Source of the DNA: a virus
Lineage: Duplodnaviria; Caudoviricetes
Length of the DNA: 44,555 nucleotides
Reading direction: 5' to 3' (one strand)
IMG/VR virus record: IMGVR_UViG_3300038312_000261
Span: 1 to 44,555 of that record
Shown here: positions 9,341 through 17,980 of the stretch, piece after piece
Numbering within the stretch: position 1 is the stretch's first letter
How the letters are laid out: the number at the start of each line of letters is the position of its first letter
Notes under the pieces: model-generated
What the model was told of the DNA's origin: nothing
The model's database searches: none
The model's input: only the letters and a program-made list of their open reading frames with translations
Translations under genes and position numbers: made by a program

Positions 9341-10449
9341 TGATTACTCCACAATTCAACATCAATGATGCGGAAGTAGGCAAGGAAATGAACCCCCTTG
9401 CCTACTCTCCCGGAGATTATCCCGAGAAGCAGGTGATGATCGACTTTATTGAGCTGCACCATGAGGATCCGGCCGCAGACATCTTTCTTGATGAATTATC
9501 CATTAACGGAAATGTGGTGAAAGACAGCATGGAAGAGTATTTATCGGCACATCAAATAGGAAGTGGTTCATTGAAAGAGGTTTTGAAAACTCCACGTCAT
9601 TTCTTTTATGATTGGGAAAATGAATTTACGCCAAAGGAAAAAGAATGCTTCGAGTTGGGAACATTCGCACACATGGCGTTCTTGGAGCCGAAACTATTTG
9701 ATAAAGTTTCGGTAGCTCCCAATGTGAATTTAGCCACTAAAATGGGTGTTTTGGAGATGCTTCGATTCTACGAAAGTTTAAACGGCTCAAGAAATACGTG
9801 TGATGAGAACTGGAAAATGACCGATTTGAAAGAGATACTCGATTTTGAAAAATCAAAATGTGAATTTCAAATCATCAGGCCCGAACACAACGAAATCATC
9901 AATGCTCTCAAAAAAAACTATTACTGGTACGGTGGTGGAATTATCCCTAAAATTCTGAAAGGTGCCATGGCTGAAGTGTCTTTTTACGGCATGGATGAGA
10001 ACACTGGACTGGAAGTAAAGGTGCGGCCTGACTATTTCAATATTGAAGAAAACATTGGTGTTAATGCGGTTATTAGCTTCAAAACAACAAGAGCTGACAA
10101 TATAGGTAAATTTATTTATGATGCCGCAAAACTGAAATACGAACTATCTGAGGGAATGTATCAGAAAGTTATGAGTGACATAACCGGTAGACAATTCAAC
10201 TGCACGATTATGATCATGCTGCAAACGGTACCTCCTTACGACGTGGCTGTTTTGTGGTGGTCTCCGGATGATATCCAACTTGGTAAATACAAGTACGAGC
10301 ATGCGATTATGACCGTGAAAGAGTGCATGGACAACGGATGGTTCCCTGGCTTTGATTCTTTAGCCGAAAGCGGTTCACATGGAATTATTGATATGAAATT
10401 ACCGGAATGGAGCGAAAAAGAATTACATCCGGTAGATATGGAGGATTGA
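9340..10449 (+). CDS. PD-(D/E)XK RecE/exonuclease VIII-like nuclease
   Basis: GSGSLK, LGTFAHMAFLEP, EVS, KVRPD, SFKTT motifs. Confidence 0.85.
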   Translation: MITPQFNINDAEVGKEMNPLAYSPGDYPEKQVMIDFIELHHEDPAADIFLDELSINGNVVKDSMEEYLSAHQIGSGSLKEVLKTPRHFFYDWENEFTPKEKECFELGTFAHMAFLEPKLFDKVSVAPNVNLATKMGVLEMLRFYESLNGSRNTCDENWKMTDLKEILDFEKSKCEFQIIRPEHNEIINALKKNYYWYGGGIIPKILKGAMAEVSFYGMDENTGLEVKVRPDYFNIEENIGVNAVISFKTTRADNIGKFIYDAAKLKYELSEGMYQKVMSDITGRQFNCTIMIMLQTVPPYDVAVLWWSPDDIQLGKYKYEHAIMTVKECMDNGWFPGFDSLAESGSHGIIDMKLPEWSEKELHPVDMED

Positions 10450-10452
10450 ATT

Positions 10453-11052
10453 ATGGATAAATACAGAATTAAAAGCAATAAAGAAATATCCAAGGTGATG
10501 TTTCTAGATATTTATATGACAGGACACAATGGATATATAGCCGGTGGGTGTTTTAAAAACATTTTTAATGGACAAAGGATAAAGGATATTGACATCTTTT
10601 TTTTAACAAAAGGAGATTTTATAGAAGCTTGTGAGTATTACGATCAAAATGAAAACTATGTTTTCTCATATGAAAATAACAACACAAAAGCTTTTAAAAA
10701 TAAAGAAACAAACATCAGACTTGAGCTTATATGTAGTCAATTCGGTGAACCATTAGACATATTATCAAAGTTTGATTTTTCTATTACAAAATTTGCATAC
10801 TATAAAGATAAATCTGAAGATAAAACCGAATACAAGTGTATGTATCATGAAGACTTCTTTGAGCATTTAATTGCAAAAAAACTTGTTGTTGAAAAAGATA
10901 TATTTTTTCCGGTATCAACATTTAATAGAGTCTTAAGATATTCCCGGTATGGATATGGGCTTTGTAGAGAATCAAAAATAAATATTATCAATTCACTACA
11001 AGGTCAAAATCCTGAAACGATAAGCGATGAGTTATATTTTGGATTTGACTAA
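10453..11052 (+). CDS. Nucleotidyltransferase resembling the poly(A) polymerase/CCA-adding head domain
   Basis: YIAGGC...KDIDIFF (GG + DxD), ELI strand, FDFSI (cf. RDFTIN), R..RY..YG. Confidence 0.7.
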   Translation: MDKYRIKSNKEISKVMFLDIYMTGHNGYIAGGCFKNIFNGQRIKDIDIFFLTKGDFIEACEYYDQNENYVFSYENNNTKAFKNKETNIRLELICSQFGEPLDILSKFDFSITKFAYYKDKSEDKTEYKCMYHEDFFEHLIAKKLVVEKDIFFPVSTFNRVLRYSRYGYGLCRESKINIINSLQGQNPETISDELYFGFD

Positions 11053-11282
11053 TGACAACTCAACTTTCACTTTTCGACGGACCTATTCCGAAAGCTCCGA
11101 GAAAATATTTCCGGGATAGGGTTGGAAGGTTTGCCACAAGAGAGCAAGCTGAATTAGATCGATTGAAACGTGAAGTTGAGTTTTACAAGTATAAATTCGA
11201 AGCTGAGCAACGAAAAACGGCTCCTATACTAAAAGCGCTCATTGAAGCACAAAGAGAAATTCACTTATTAAAAAACAGATAA
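11052..11282 (+). CDS. Small protein with N-terminal QLSLF motif
   Basis: MTTQLSLFD...RDRVGRFAT, then coiled coil. Confidence 0.7.
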   Translation: MTTQLSLFDGPIPKAPRKYFRDRVGRFATREQAELDRLKREVEFYKYKFEAEQRKTAPILKALIEAQREIHLLKNR

Positions 11283-11283
11283 A

Positions 11284-12111
11284 ATGGACAAAAACAAAGA
11301 GATCCTTGAAGAACAATTGCAATTTCAATTGCCAGAAGGCAATCAGTTTCCGGTTGTAATTTTTGAAGGTTTAACCCCCTTACAGATTAAAGATAAAATC
11401 ACCTCAGATTTTATCGCAATGCAGGAGCGTGGAGTGAAGGCAAACCGAATTATGACAGATGATGAGATTAACGAGATCAGAGCTGAGTATGGCGATATCG
11501 CCGAACAACAGATGCCTGAACTACGTGAAGAACTGGAGCTGATTACTGCCAACTATAAGGCTAAAAAAGAGCGATTGACGGCAGAGTTGACGGCGCTTGA
11601 CACTCAATTTAAAGACTTGGTATCGGTTGCCAAGGATGGAACGGCCGTATATGAACCCGATAACGAAAACACGTTCAAAATTCCAGTTGCGGGGCATTAT
11701 CTCTACTACACGCACACAGGCACTATGTTCCAACTGATCGCCGTGCGGAAGATTCCAGATAACGAAAGGTATGACCTGTTCAATACAGGTGAAAAGAACA
11801 AAGAAATGCTTGAGGCCATGGGTTATAAAATTCCAGATTTCAGTGTGGAAAATAAAGAAAATTACCGTGTAATTGAGTTTGAAGATGGAGAACGTGTAGA
11901 GATTTGGGAACAAGACGGCAAAGAAAAAGTTTTGCGCCACTACGTTGAAGATTTTTTGGATGATGATTCCGGCGAAATCATGTCTATTGAATCAACAAAA
12001 AATGAAGAGTACGCCATTGGCGATAATCCATATGAAAACACTTTCGCAGATGACGAGATTGAAACACAAGCGGGGGCGACCGACGAAATATCGGGCGATG
12101 CTGAGGGATAG
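11284..12111 (+). CDS. Hypothetical acidic phage protein
   Basis: 275-aa ORF with good start context. Confidence 0.75.
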   Translation: MDKNKEILEEQLQFQLPEGNQFPVVIFEGLTPLQIKDKITSDFIAMQERGVKANRIMTDDEINEIRAEYGDIAEQQMPELREELELITANYKAKKERLTAELTALDTQFKDLVSVAKDGTAVYEPDNENTFKIPVAGHYLYYTHTGTMFQLIAVRKIPDNERYDLFNTGEKNKEMLEAMGYKIPDFSVENKENYRVIEFEDGERVEIWEQDGKEKVLRHYVEDFLDDDSGEIMSIESTKNEEYAIGDNPYENTFADDEIETQAGATDEISGDAEG

Positions 12112-12313
12112 CAGCTACTGGAACGAGGTTAAAAGGCTTGTTCGTTTGCGGGATAACTTCGCTTGTACCCGATGCGGGCAACGACACAACCTCGAGGTAC
12201 ATCACAAAACCTATTATAAAAACGGCAAAAGCATTATTGGAAGTGAAAAATATCATTTGGAATGCATGGAGCTTCTTTGTGAGGTTTGCCATCAAAAAGA
12301 ACATCAAAAATGA
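12032..12313 (+). CDS. HNH endonuclease
   Basis: RDNFACTRCG...LEVHHKTY...LCEVCHQKEH. Confidence 0.85.
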   Translation: MKTLSQMTRLKHKRGRPTKYRAMLRDSSYWNEVKRLVRLRDNFACTRCGQRHNLEVHHKTYYKNGKSIIGSEKYHLECMELLCEVCHQKEHQK

Positions 12314-12672
12314 GCAATTTAAGCATAAAATTGAATCTGATGAGAGTGCCTGGAGCATCTCTGTTGAATTTAAAAGGGAAAAAGGAAACAAAGCAGTGCG
12401 TGGTTATTCCGGTTGAAGATTCAGGTCTGTACGTTGGTGAAAAGGGCGTTTACTTGAACATGACGGCCATTGAATATCGCGAACAAAAATACAGTGATTC
12501 GCACTTCGTAAAAATGAGTGTTGAACGTGAGGTTTACGATGCTTTGACTGAAGAAGAGAGAAACGCCATACCGATAGTTGGCGGCCTACGTCCTATCATT
12601 CCAAAACCAATGAAGGCAGAAGGTGAAATGGATATTCAGGATGCTGAATATGTGGATGATTTACCATTTTAA
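12310..12672 (+). CDS. SSB-like ssDNA-binding protein
   Basis: Beta-rich core with acidic C-terminal DDLPF tail. Confidence 0.65.
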   Translation: MSNLSIKLNLMRVPGASLLNLKGKKETKQCVVIPVEDSGLYVGEKGVYLNMTAIEYREQKYSDSHFVKMSVEREVYDALTEEERNAIPIVGGLRPIIPKPMKAEGEMDIQDAEYVDDLPF

Positions 12673-12679
12673 TTGATTA

Positions 12680-12816
12680 ATACCGGAAGCGTTCGGTGCA
12701 GGGATTTGGGAAGCATCTTAGCAGGCAGATGTTTTTCCTTTTCCTGAAAAAATCCCAATGATTGAGTTCCTTGGTTTAGAGGGTTCGGGCCGGATGAGTG
12801 CAGGGAAATCCGGTAT
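12680..12816 (+). ncRNA. Putative structured RNA
   Basis: ATACCGGA/TCCGGTAT closing stem; inner GGGATTT/AAATCCC and GGAAGCATCT/AGATGTTTTTCC stems; no ORF. Confidence 0.5.
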
Positions 12817-12947
12817 AAAAATTCAGAGTAGCGGTGGCGCGCGAAATGTCTGAAACGTTAAGCTGCATCAAATAACTAAGGATAGTTGCTTTGGAATATA
12901 AGCAACGAATAGAATGCGAGCCTGACGGCCGGGAAAGACCGGCACAT

Positions 12948-13103
12948 GGGGAAGTAGCGGAATTGGTAGACGCTATTTAATAACTGAAAAAAAATGTTGG
13001 CTTGTCTGCGGGGTTTGCATTCCTACCGGGGCTAATGTGCGGAACACAGCAGGTTGTTAGATGATGGTGTACAACAATGCAGGTTCGAATCCTGCCTTCC
13101 CAC
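12948..13103 (+). ncRNA. tRNA-like RNA with elongated anticodon arm
   Basis: GGGGAAG-TA-GCG-GAATTGGTAGA-CGC 5' end; GCAGG-TTCGAAT-CCTGC-CTTCCC 3' end; ~105 nt between D and T arms. Confidence 0.75.
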
Positions 13104-13154
13104 AAAAAACAATTGTTTTCAAACCAATCGGCGCCGGTTTAAAACAAAAAACAA

Positions 13155-15662
13155 ATGCAATACGAAGATTTTTTAAAAAAGAAAGTGATTGTAGCTGAAA
13201 GTTTTGGCTTTGAGCCATTATGGAAAGCACCAAAAGCAAAACCGCATCAGAACGATATTTGTAATTGGGCTTTGCGTGGAGGCAGAAGAGCTATATTTGC
13301 CAGCTTTGGATTGGGTAAAACATTCATGCAATTAATTATTGCCCGTAATTGTATTGAGAAAGAAAACAAGCCTTTTCTCATTGCGTGTCCATTGGGTGTG
13401 GTTGGTGAATTCAGACGAGATAATTGTAAACTGGAATCGGGGCTTGGGATAAAGTACATAACCGATACTGATAGTATTGATGAGTATAAGCCGATCATTT
13501 ACATGACAAACTATGAGCGTATCCGGAAAGGAGATATTGACGCCAATAAGTTTTGTGGTGTTAGTTTCGATGAGGCTTCCATTTTGCGGAATCTACAAAC
13601 GGAGACAACCAATTACATACTGCAGTATTTCCGGCAATTGCCTTACAGGTTTGTTGCGACTGCAACTCCATCACCAAACGATTATATCGAGTTGCTCAAT
13701 TATGCCGATTATTTAGGCGTTGCAAGCCGAGGACATTTGCTGACACGCTTTTTCAAACGTAATTCCACCAAAGCCGGAGATCTACAACTTCTTGAAAACA
13801 AGGAACAGGAATTCTGGGAATGGGTTTTCACATGGGCCGTCTTTATTCACAAGCCGAGCGACTTAGGTTACGATGATACGGGATATGATTTGCCACCGTT
13901 GAACGTGATTGAACATTGCATCACTTATGAGCCTGATTTTCAGATTACGGATAAATTCGGCAATCCGGCCATCTTTAAAGATTTATCGAAATCGCTTCTT
14001 GAGGTTTCTCGCGAAAAAAGAGACAGTATGGATTATCGGATTGATAAAGCCGTTAATCTGGCACGTGAAATTAACCGCAACGTAATTATTTGGCACCATT
14101 TGGAAGATGAACGCCGGATGCTGGAGAAAGAATTTCCCGATGCTGCAAGTGTTTTCGGTTCACAACCTAATTGGAAGAAAGAAGAACTGCTGATTGATTT
14201 CAGCGAAGGTAAATATCCACAGTTACTAACTAAAAGCAAAATAGCCGGAAGCGGCTGTAACTTTCAGGAGTTTTGCCACGATATGATATTTGCAGGCATC
14301 GATTATAAGTTCAATGATTTTATTCAGAGTATTCATCGAATTTACCGTTTCGGACAAACGAAGCCCGTAAATGTCCATATTGTTTACACGGACAATGAAC
14401 AAGACGTGATGAAAGTGCTCAAAGAAAAATGGGAAAAACACGACAAACTGCAGGAGCAAATGCTCGCATTGGTGCGAAAATACGGATTGAGCAACGATTT
14501 AATAAAAGCGCAAATGGAGAGACAACTTTTTAAACATGGAGATAAAACGGTAATCGGTAATGCCACTCTCTACAACAATGATAATACGATTATATTACAA
14601 GATCAAAAGGAAATACCTGATAATTTGGTTGATCTGGGTGTTACCTCCATCCCGTTCGGAGATCATTATGAATACAGCGATTTTTACAACGATTACGGAC
14701 ACAATGATGGAAACGGAGAGTTTTTCAAGCAAATGGATTTTCTCACTCCTAATTTATTACGAGTGTTGAAACCAGGACACATTTTCGCAGTACACGTCAA
14801 GGACCGTATCCGGTACAGTTATCAAAACGGAACTTCTTTTACCACGATTGATGATTTCAGCGGTCAAACAGTCGCCCATTTTGTGAAACACGGTTTTTAT
14901 TTGATGGGAAAGATAACCGTCACCACAGACGTTGTTGCTGAAAATAATCAGACTTATCGGCTTGGTTGGAGTGAACAATGCAAAGATGCTACCAAAATGG
15001 GCGTCGGTTTGCCTGAATATGTTCTACTGTTCCGGAAGGCTCCTACATCTATGGAGAATGCGTATGCCGATGAACCTGTGACGAAGTCAAAAGAAGACTA
15101 CACGGTTGACCTTTGGCAATTGGATGCACACGCATATTGGAGAAGTTCCGGCAATACTTTGATAGACGTGGATGATCTGGTAAAACACGATATGTCATTC
15201 GTTCACAAAACATGGAAAAAGTATCAAAAAGAAGGGTTATACGATTTTGAAGAACATAAAACATTAAGTCGAAAACTGGATGAAAAAGGTAAATTAAGTC
15301 GAAAGTTTATGACGGTACCGCCGATTTCCAACAATGATTATGTTTGGGATGATATCCAACGAACAAAAACTCTTAACGCTCGCCAGGTTTCGAGTAAAAA
15401 GGAGAAACATATTTGTCCTTTACAGTTAGATATCATTGAGCGGTTGATTAACCGATTCTCGAATCCGGGAGACATTGTTTTTGATCCTTTTGGCGGATTG
15501 TTTTCAGTCCCATATATGGCACTTCAGATGGGACGCAAAACGATAGCTATAGAGTTGAATTCTGAATACTACAAAGACGGCTTATTTTACGTGAAATCGA
15601 TGCATGATCAGATGAATATGCCTACATTATTTGACGTACTTGAAATGAGTAAAACATCGTAA
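13155..15662 (+). CDS. SNF2-like helicase fused to N4/N6 DNA methyltransferase
   Basis: GLGKT, FDEAS, TATPSPND, QSIHRIYRFGQ; then TSIPF, HICPLQ, VFDPFGG MTase motifs. Confidence 0.9.
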   Translation: MQYEDFLKKKVIVAESFGFEPLWKAPKAKPHQNDICNWALRGGRRAIFASFGLGKTFMQLIIARNCIEKENKPFLIACPLGVVGEFRRDNCKLESGLGIKYITDTDSIDEYKPIIYMTNYERIRKGDIDANKFCGVSFDEASILRNLQTETTNYILQYFRQLPYRFVATATPSPNDYIELLNYADYLGVASRGHLLTRFFKRNSTKAGDLQLLENKEQEFWEWVFTWAVFIHKPSDLGYDDTGYDLPPLNVIEHCITYEPDFQITDKFGNPAIFKDLSKSLLEVSREKRDSMDYRIDKAVNLAREINRNVIIWHHLEDERRMLEKEFPDAASVFGSQPNWKKEELLIDFSEGKYPQLLTKSKIAGSGCNFQEFCHDMIFAGIDYKFNDFIQSIHRIYRFGQTKPVNVHIVYTDNEQDVMKVLKEKWEKHDKLQEQMLALVRKYGLSNDLIKAQMERQLFKHGDKTVIGNATLYNNDNTIILQDQKEIPDNLVDLGVTSIPFGDHYEYSDFYNDYGHNDGNGEFFKQMDFLTPNLLRVLKPGHIFAVHVKDRIRYSYQNGTSFTTIDDFSGQTVAHFVKHGFYLMGKITVTTDVVAENNQTYRLGWSEQCKDATKMGVGLPEYVLLFRKAPTSMENAYADEPVTKSKEDYTVDLWQLDAHAYWRSSGNTLIDVDDLVKHDMSFVHKTWKKYQKEGLYDFEEHKTLSRKLDEKGKLSRKFMTVPPISNNDYVWDDIQRTKTLNARQVSSKKEKHICPLQLDIIERLINRFSNPGDIVFDPFGGLFSVPYMALQMGRKTIAIELNSEYYKDGLFYVKSMHDQMNMPTLFDVLEMSKTS

Positions 15663-15664
15663 CC

Positions 15665-15886
15665 ATGGCACGAAAAAAAACACTTAAATACAAAGATGAT
15701 TTCGGTGAAAATCTAGATGGAATTGAAAGATTTGTTTTTGCACAAAGTAGGCGTGCAAAAAATATGATTCCGGTTAAGATTGAAACGGCGGTGAGAACAT
15801 TTATTCTTGTTCCGAAAGATATGACGGCCGAAAGGATTGAAAGATTGAAGTTGAAGTATAAAAATAATATAGAAGAGAGAAAATGA
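15665..15886 (+). CDS. Hypothetical protein
   Basis: Coupled small basic ORF. Confidence 0.6.
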   Translation: MARKKTLKYKDDFGENLDGIERFVFAQSRRAKNMIPVKIETAVRTFILVPKDMTAERIERLKLKYKNNIEERK

Positions 15887-16398
15887 AAGAATATCTATAT
15901 TCGAACTGCATCAGGACATTTACCGGAAAATACATCGATGTATTCAATCCAGATCCTGAAATGATTTGCATTGAAGATATCGCACACGCATTAGCACAAA
16001 CTCCACGTTTCGGTGGACATTTAAAGCATTTTTATTCGGTTGCACATCATTCTATGCATTGCTCTGAACTTGTCAGAAACGACAAACTGGCAGCGCTTAT
16101 GCACGATGCAAGCGAAGCGTATTTAACCGATATGCCGCGACCTATTAAGATGCAAATGCCACAATACAGAGAAGTTGAAGACAGGTTGATGACTGTAATA
16201 TCGAAAAAATTCGGTTTTCAGTATCCTTTGAGCAAAGAAGTGAAAATAGCAGATGAAAACGCTCTAAGCTACGAGTGGAATATTTTAATGATTAACGGTT
16301 TGAAGTCATATATTATTGATGCTGAAGCTGAGTTTATAAGATATTTTGAAAAGTATAAATATTTAACTATCAATAGCTCTAATTACTTGAACATGTAA
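15883..16398 (+). CDS. HD-domain 5'-deoxynucleotidase (YfbR/YfdR-like)
   Basis: IEDIAHAL...RFGGH...YSVAHHS...ALMHDASEAYLTD...IAD. Confidence 0.9.
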   Translation: MKEYLYSNCIRTFTGKYIDVFNPDPEMICIEDIAHALAQTPRFGGHLKHFYSVAHHSMHCSELVRNDKLAALMHDASEAYLTDMPRPIKMQMPQYREVEDRLMTVISKKFGFQYPLSKEVKIADENALSYEWNILMINGLKSYIIDAEAEFIRYFEKYKYLTINSSNYLNM

Positions 16399-16499
16399 GA
16401 ATAGAGCGGCATCTTTGACGTATAAAATTTTAAATATGCTAAGAACTCCGGTTATGGAATTATTGATTGACAGATGTATTCAAACATTATTGTAAATAT

Positions 16500-16655
16500 A
16501 TGAAAGAATTTATCAAAGCGGTAAAGGAGATGCGCACCCATCAGCGTGCGTATTTCAGGACAAGAAGTCAAACAGAGCTGCAGAAATCGAAAGAGGCTGA
16601 AAAGAAAGTTGATTTAATGCTTGCGGATTTGAACCGTGAACCATCCCTGTTTTAG
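16500..16655 (+). CDS. Small helical phage protein
   Basis: VKEMRTHQRAYFRTRS...EKKVD, ends PSLF. Confidence 0.7.
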   Translation: MKEFIKAVKEMRTHQRAYFRTRSQTELQKSKEAEKKVDLMLADLNREPSLF

Positions 16656-16656
16656 T

Positions 16657-17394
16657 ATGAATTACATTGAGTTGATAAACAGGTTTTGGAATTGCTCGAA
16701 AGAGCGTGCATTCAATCCAAGTGACTGCATGTTGTATTTTTATTTATTGGATACCTGCAATGCACTTCATTGGAAGCAACCTTTTGGACAATCCGACAGA
16801 TATTTGAGCATGGCTCTCGGGATATCAGTTCCTACAGTTAGGGAAGCCAAAAACAGGCTAAAACAAAGAGGCCTTATCGACTTTAAAGCACCGGAAAAAG
16901 GATCTAAAGGAATAGACGGCCAAACCAAATATTCTTTCACAACCGTGCAAATAGATTACACAGTTCCTTTAACGGGTGAGAGCGAAATTAAACCAACCGT
17001 ACAAATAAATTATACGGATACTTGCACGGATACTTGCACGGTTCCTTTAACGGATACTTGCACGGTTCCTTTAACAAACAATAAACTAAACAAAACTAAA
17101 CAAAACAATAAAAAGAGTGATTTTGATTTATCGTTTGTTGATATTGTTTTTTTGCCGATTGTAAAAGATTTTATCGAATACCGGAAACAGATTAAAAAAC
17201 CTTACAAGACTCAACAAGGGATTAAGACATTTTACAATGAATTGACAAAATTGTCGAGAAACAATTTTCAGAAAGCAAAAGAGCTTGTTGAATATGCTAA
17301 GGGCAAAGAATGGCAAACTGTTTATGAGATTAAAAATTATGAAACCAATAAACGAAATTTTGAAAGAAAACCCCATAGTTCCGAGCGGTTGTGA
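16657..17394 (+). CDS. Replication initiator (DnaD/O-like winged helix)
   Basis: MNYIELINRFW...LYFYLL...LGISVPTVREAKNRLKQRGLI; internal DNA repeats; upstream of the helicase loader. Confidence 0.8.
   Translation: MNYIELINRFWNCSKERAFNPSDCMLYFYLLDTCNALHWKQPFGQSDRYLSMALGISVPTVREAKNRLKQRGLIDFKAPEKGSKGIDGQTKYSFTTVQIDYTVPLTGESEIKPTVQINYTDTCTDTCTVPLTDTCTVPLTNNKLNKTKQNNKKSDFDLSFVDIVFLPIVKDFIEYRKQIKKPYKTQQGIKTFYNELTKLSRNNFQKAKELVEYAKGKEWQTVYEIKNYETNKRNFERKPHSSERL
16940..17113 (+). repeat. Iteron array and A-rich tract (probable phage origin)
   Basis: ACGGATACTTGC x3, AC(A/G)GTTCCTTTA x3, CAACCGT(G/A)CAAATA x2, then AAACTAAACAAAACTAAACAAAAC. Confidence 0.8.
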
Positions 17395-17980
17395 TGGTCC
17401 TAAGTTTGAAGCAGGCGATATTTACTTCGTTATGCTGAAAGCGATGGAAGCACTCATAAAAGAGCGGAATACGGACTGGAAACTGATTTTAACGGATGAA
17501 AACAAACATGTAATCGGACAAGTGGCATTGTGGTACTCGTGGGATGAACGATTTAAAGGCGATGTAAGAAAGGGATTGATGATTCGCGGGAACGTGGGTA
17601 CTGGAAAATCGCTGATTGTACAAGCTCTTTGCAAAATTATCATGGCATATGAGATTCTTGTTCCATGTTTTTTACATGCTTCTGAATTGTATGATCTGTA
17701 TATGCGAGGTGATGTTGACGGAATTGATATTGCAAAGAAGCGTGCCTATACCATTATTGACGATGTTGGGGTAGAGCCGGTCGAAACAAAGAATTACGGG
17801 AACGTGAAAGAACCGTTTAACGATGTGTTCGATTACCGTTACCGGAATAACAAACGAACGATTATAACAACCAATTTAACACCGTCTGAGATCGAGGAAA
17901 CTTACGGCACCAGGATTATTGACCGATTTAGGGAATGTATGAATGATTTGGTATTGGACGGTGAAAGTTTTAGGAGATGA
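17339..17980 (+). CDS. DnaC/IstB-like AAA+ helicase loader
   Basis: GNVGTGKS, IIDDVG, IITTNL, RIIDRF. Confidence 0.88.
   Translation: MKPINEILKENPIVPSGCDGPKFEAGDIYFVMLKAMEALIKERNTDWKLILTDENKHVIGQVALWYSWDERFKGDVRKGLMIRGNVGTGKSLIVQALCKIIMAYEILVPCFLHASELYDLYMRGDVDGIDIAKKRAYTIIDDVGVEPVETKNYGNVKEPFNDVFDYRYRNNKRTIITTNLTPSEIEETYGTRIIDRFRECMNDLVLDGESFRR

Noticed and set aside
12790-12943. Hammerhead ribozyme suggested by GATGAG...GAAA and CTGACGG...GAAA
   Set aside because: No exact CUGANGA core with the required three stems could be built by eye.
12948-13103. tmRNA, group I intron-containing tRNA, or ordinary tRNA-Leu/Ala
   Set aside because: Too short for tmRNA or a group I intron, has a full D-arm, no tag ORF, and the anticodon arm is not canonical.
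13057-13239. 60-aa minus-strand ORF across the tRNA-like RNA
   Set aside because: GFEPA is the typical translation of an antisense T-arm; it also overlaps the helicase start.
17014-17075. CRISPR-like repeats
   Set aside because: Tandem 12-mers with no unique spacers, inside a coding gene, and no cas genes; they fit iterons.
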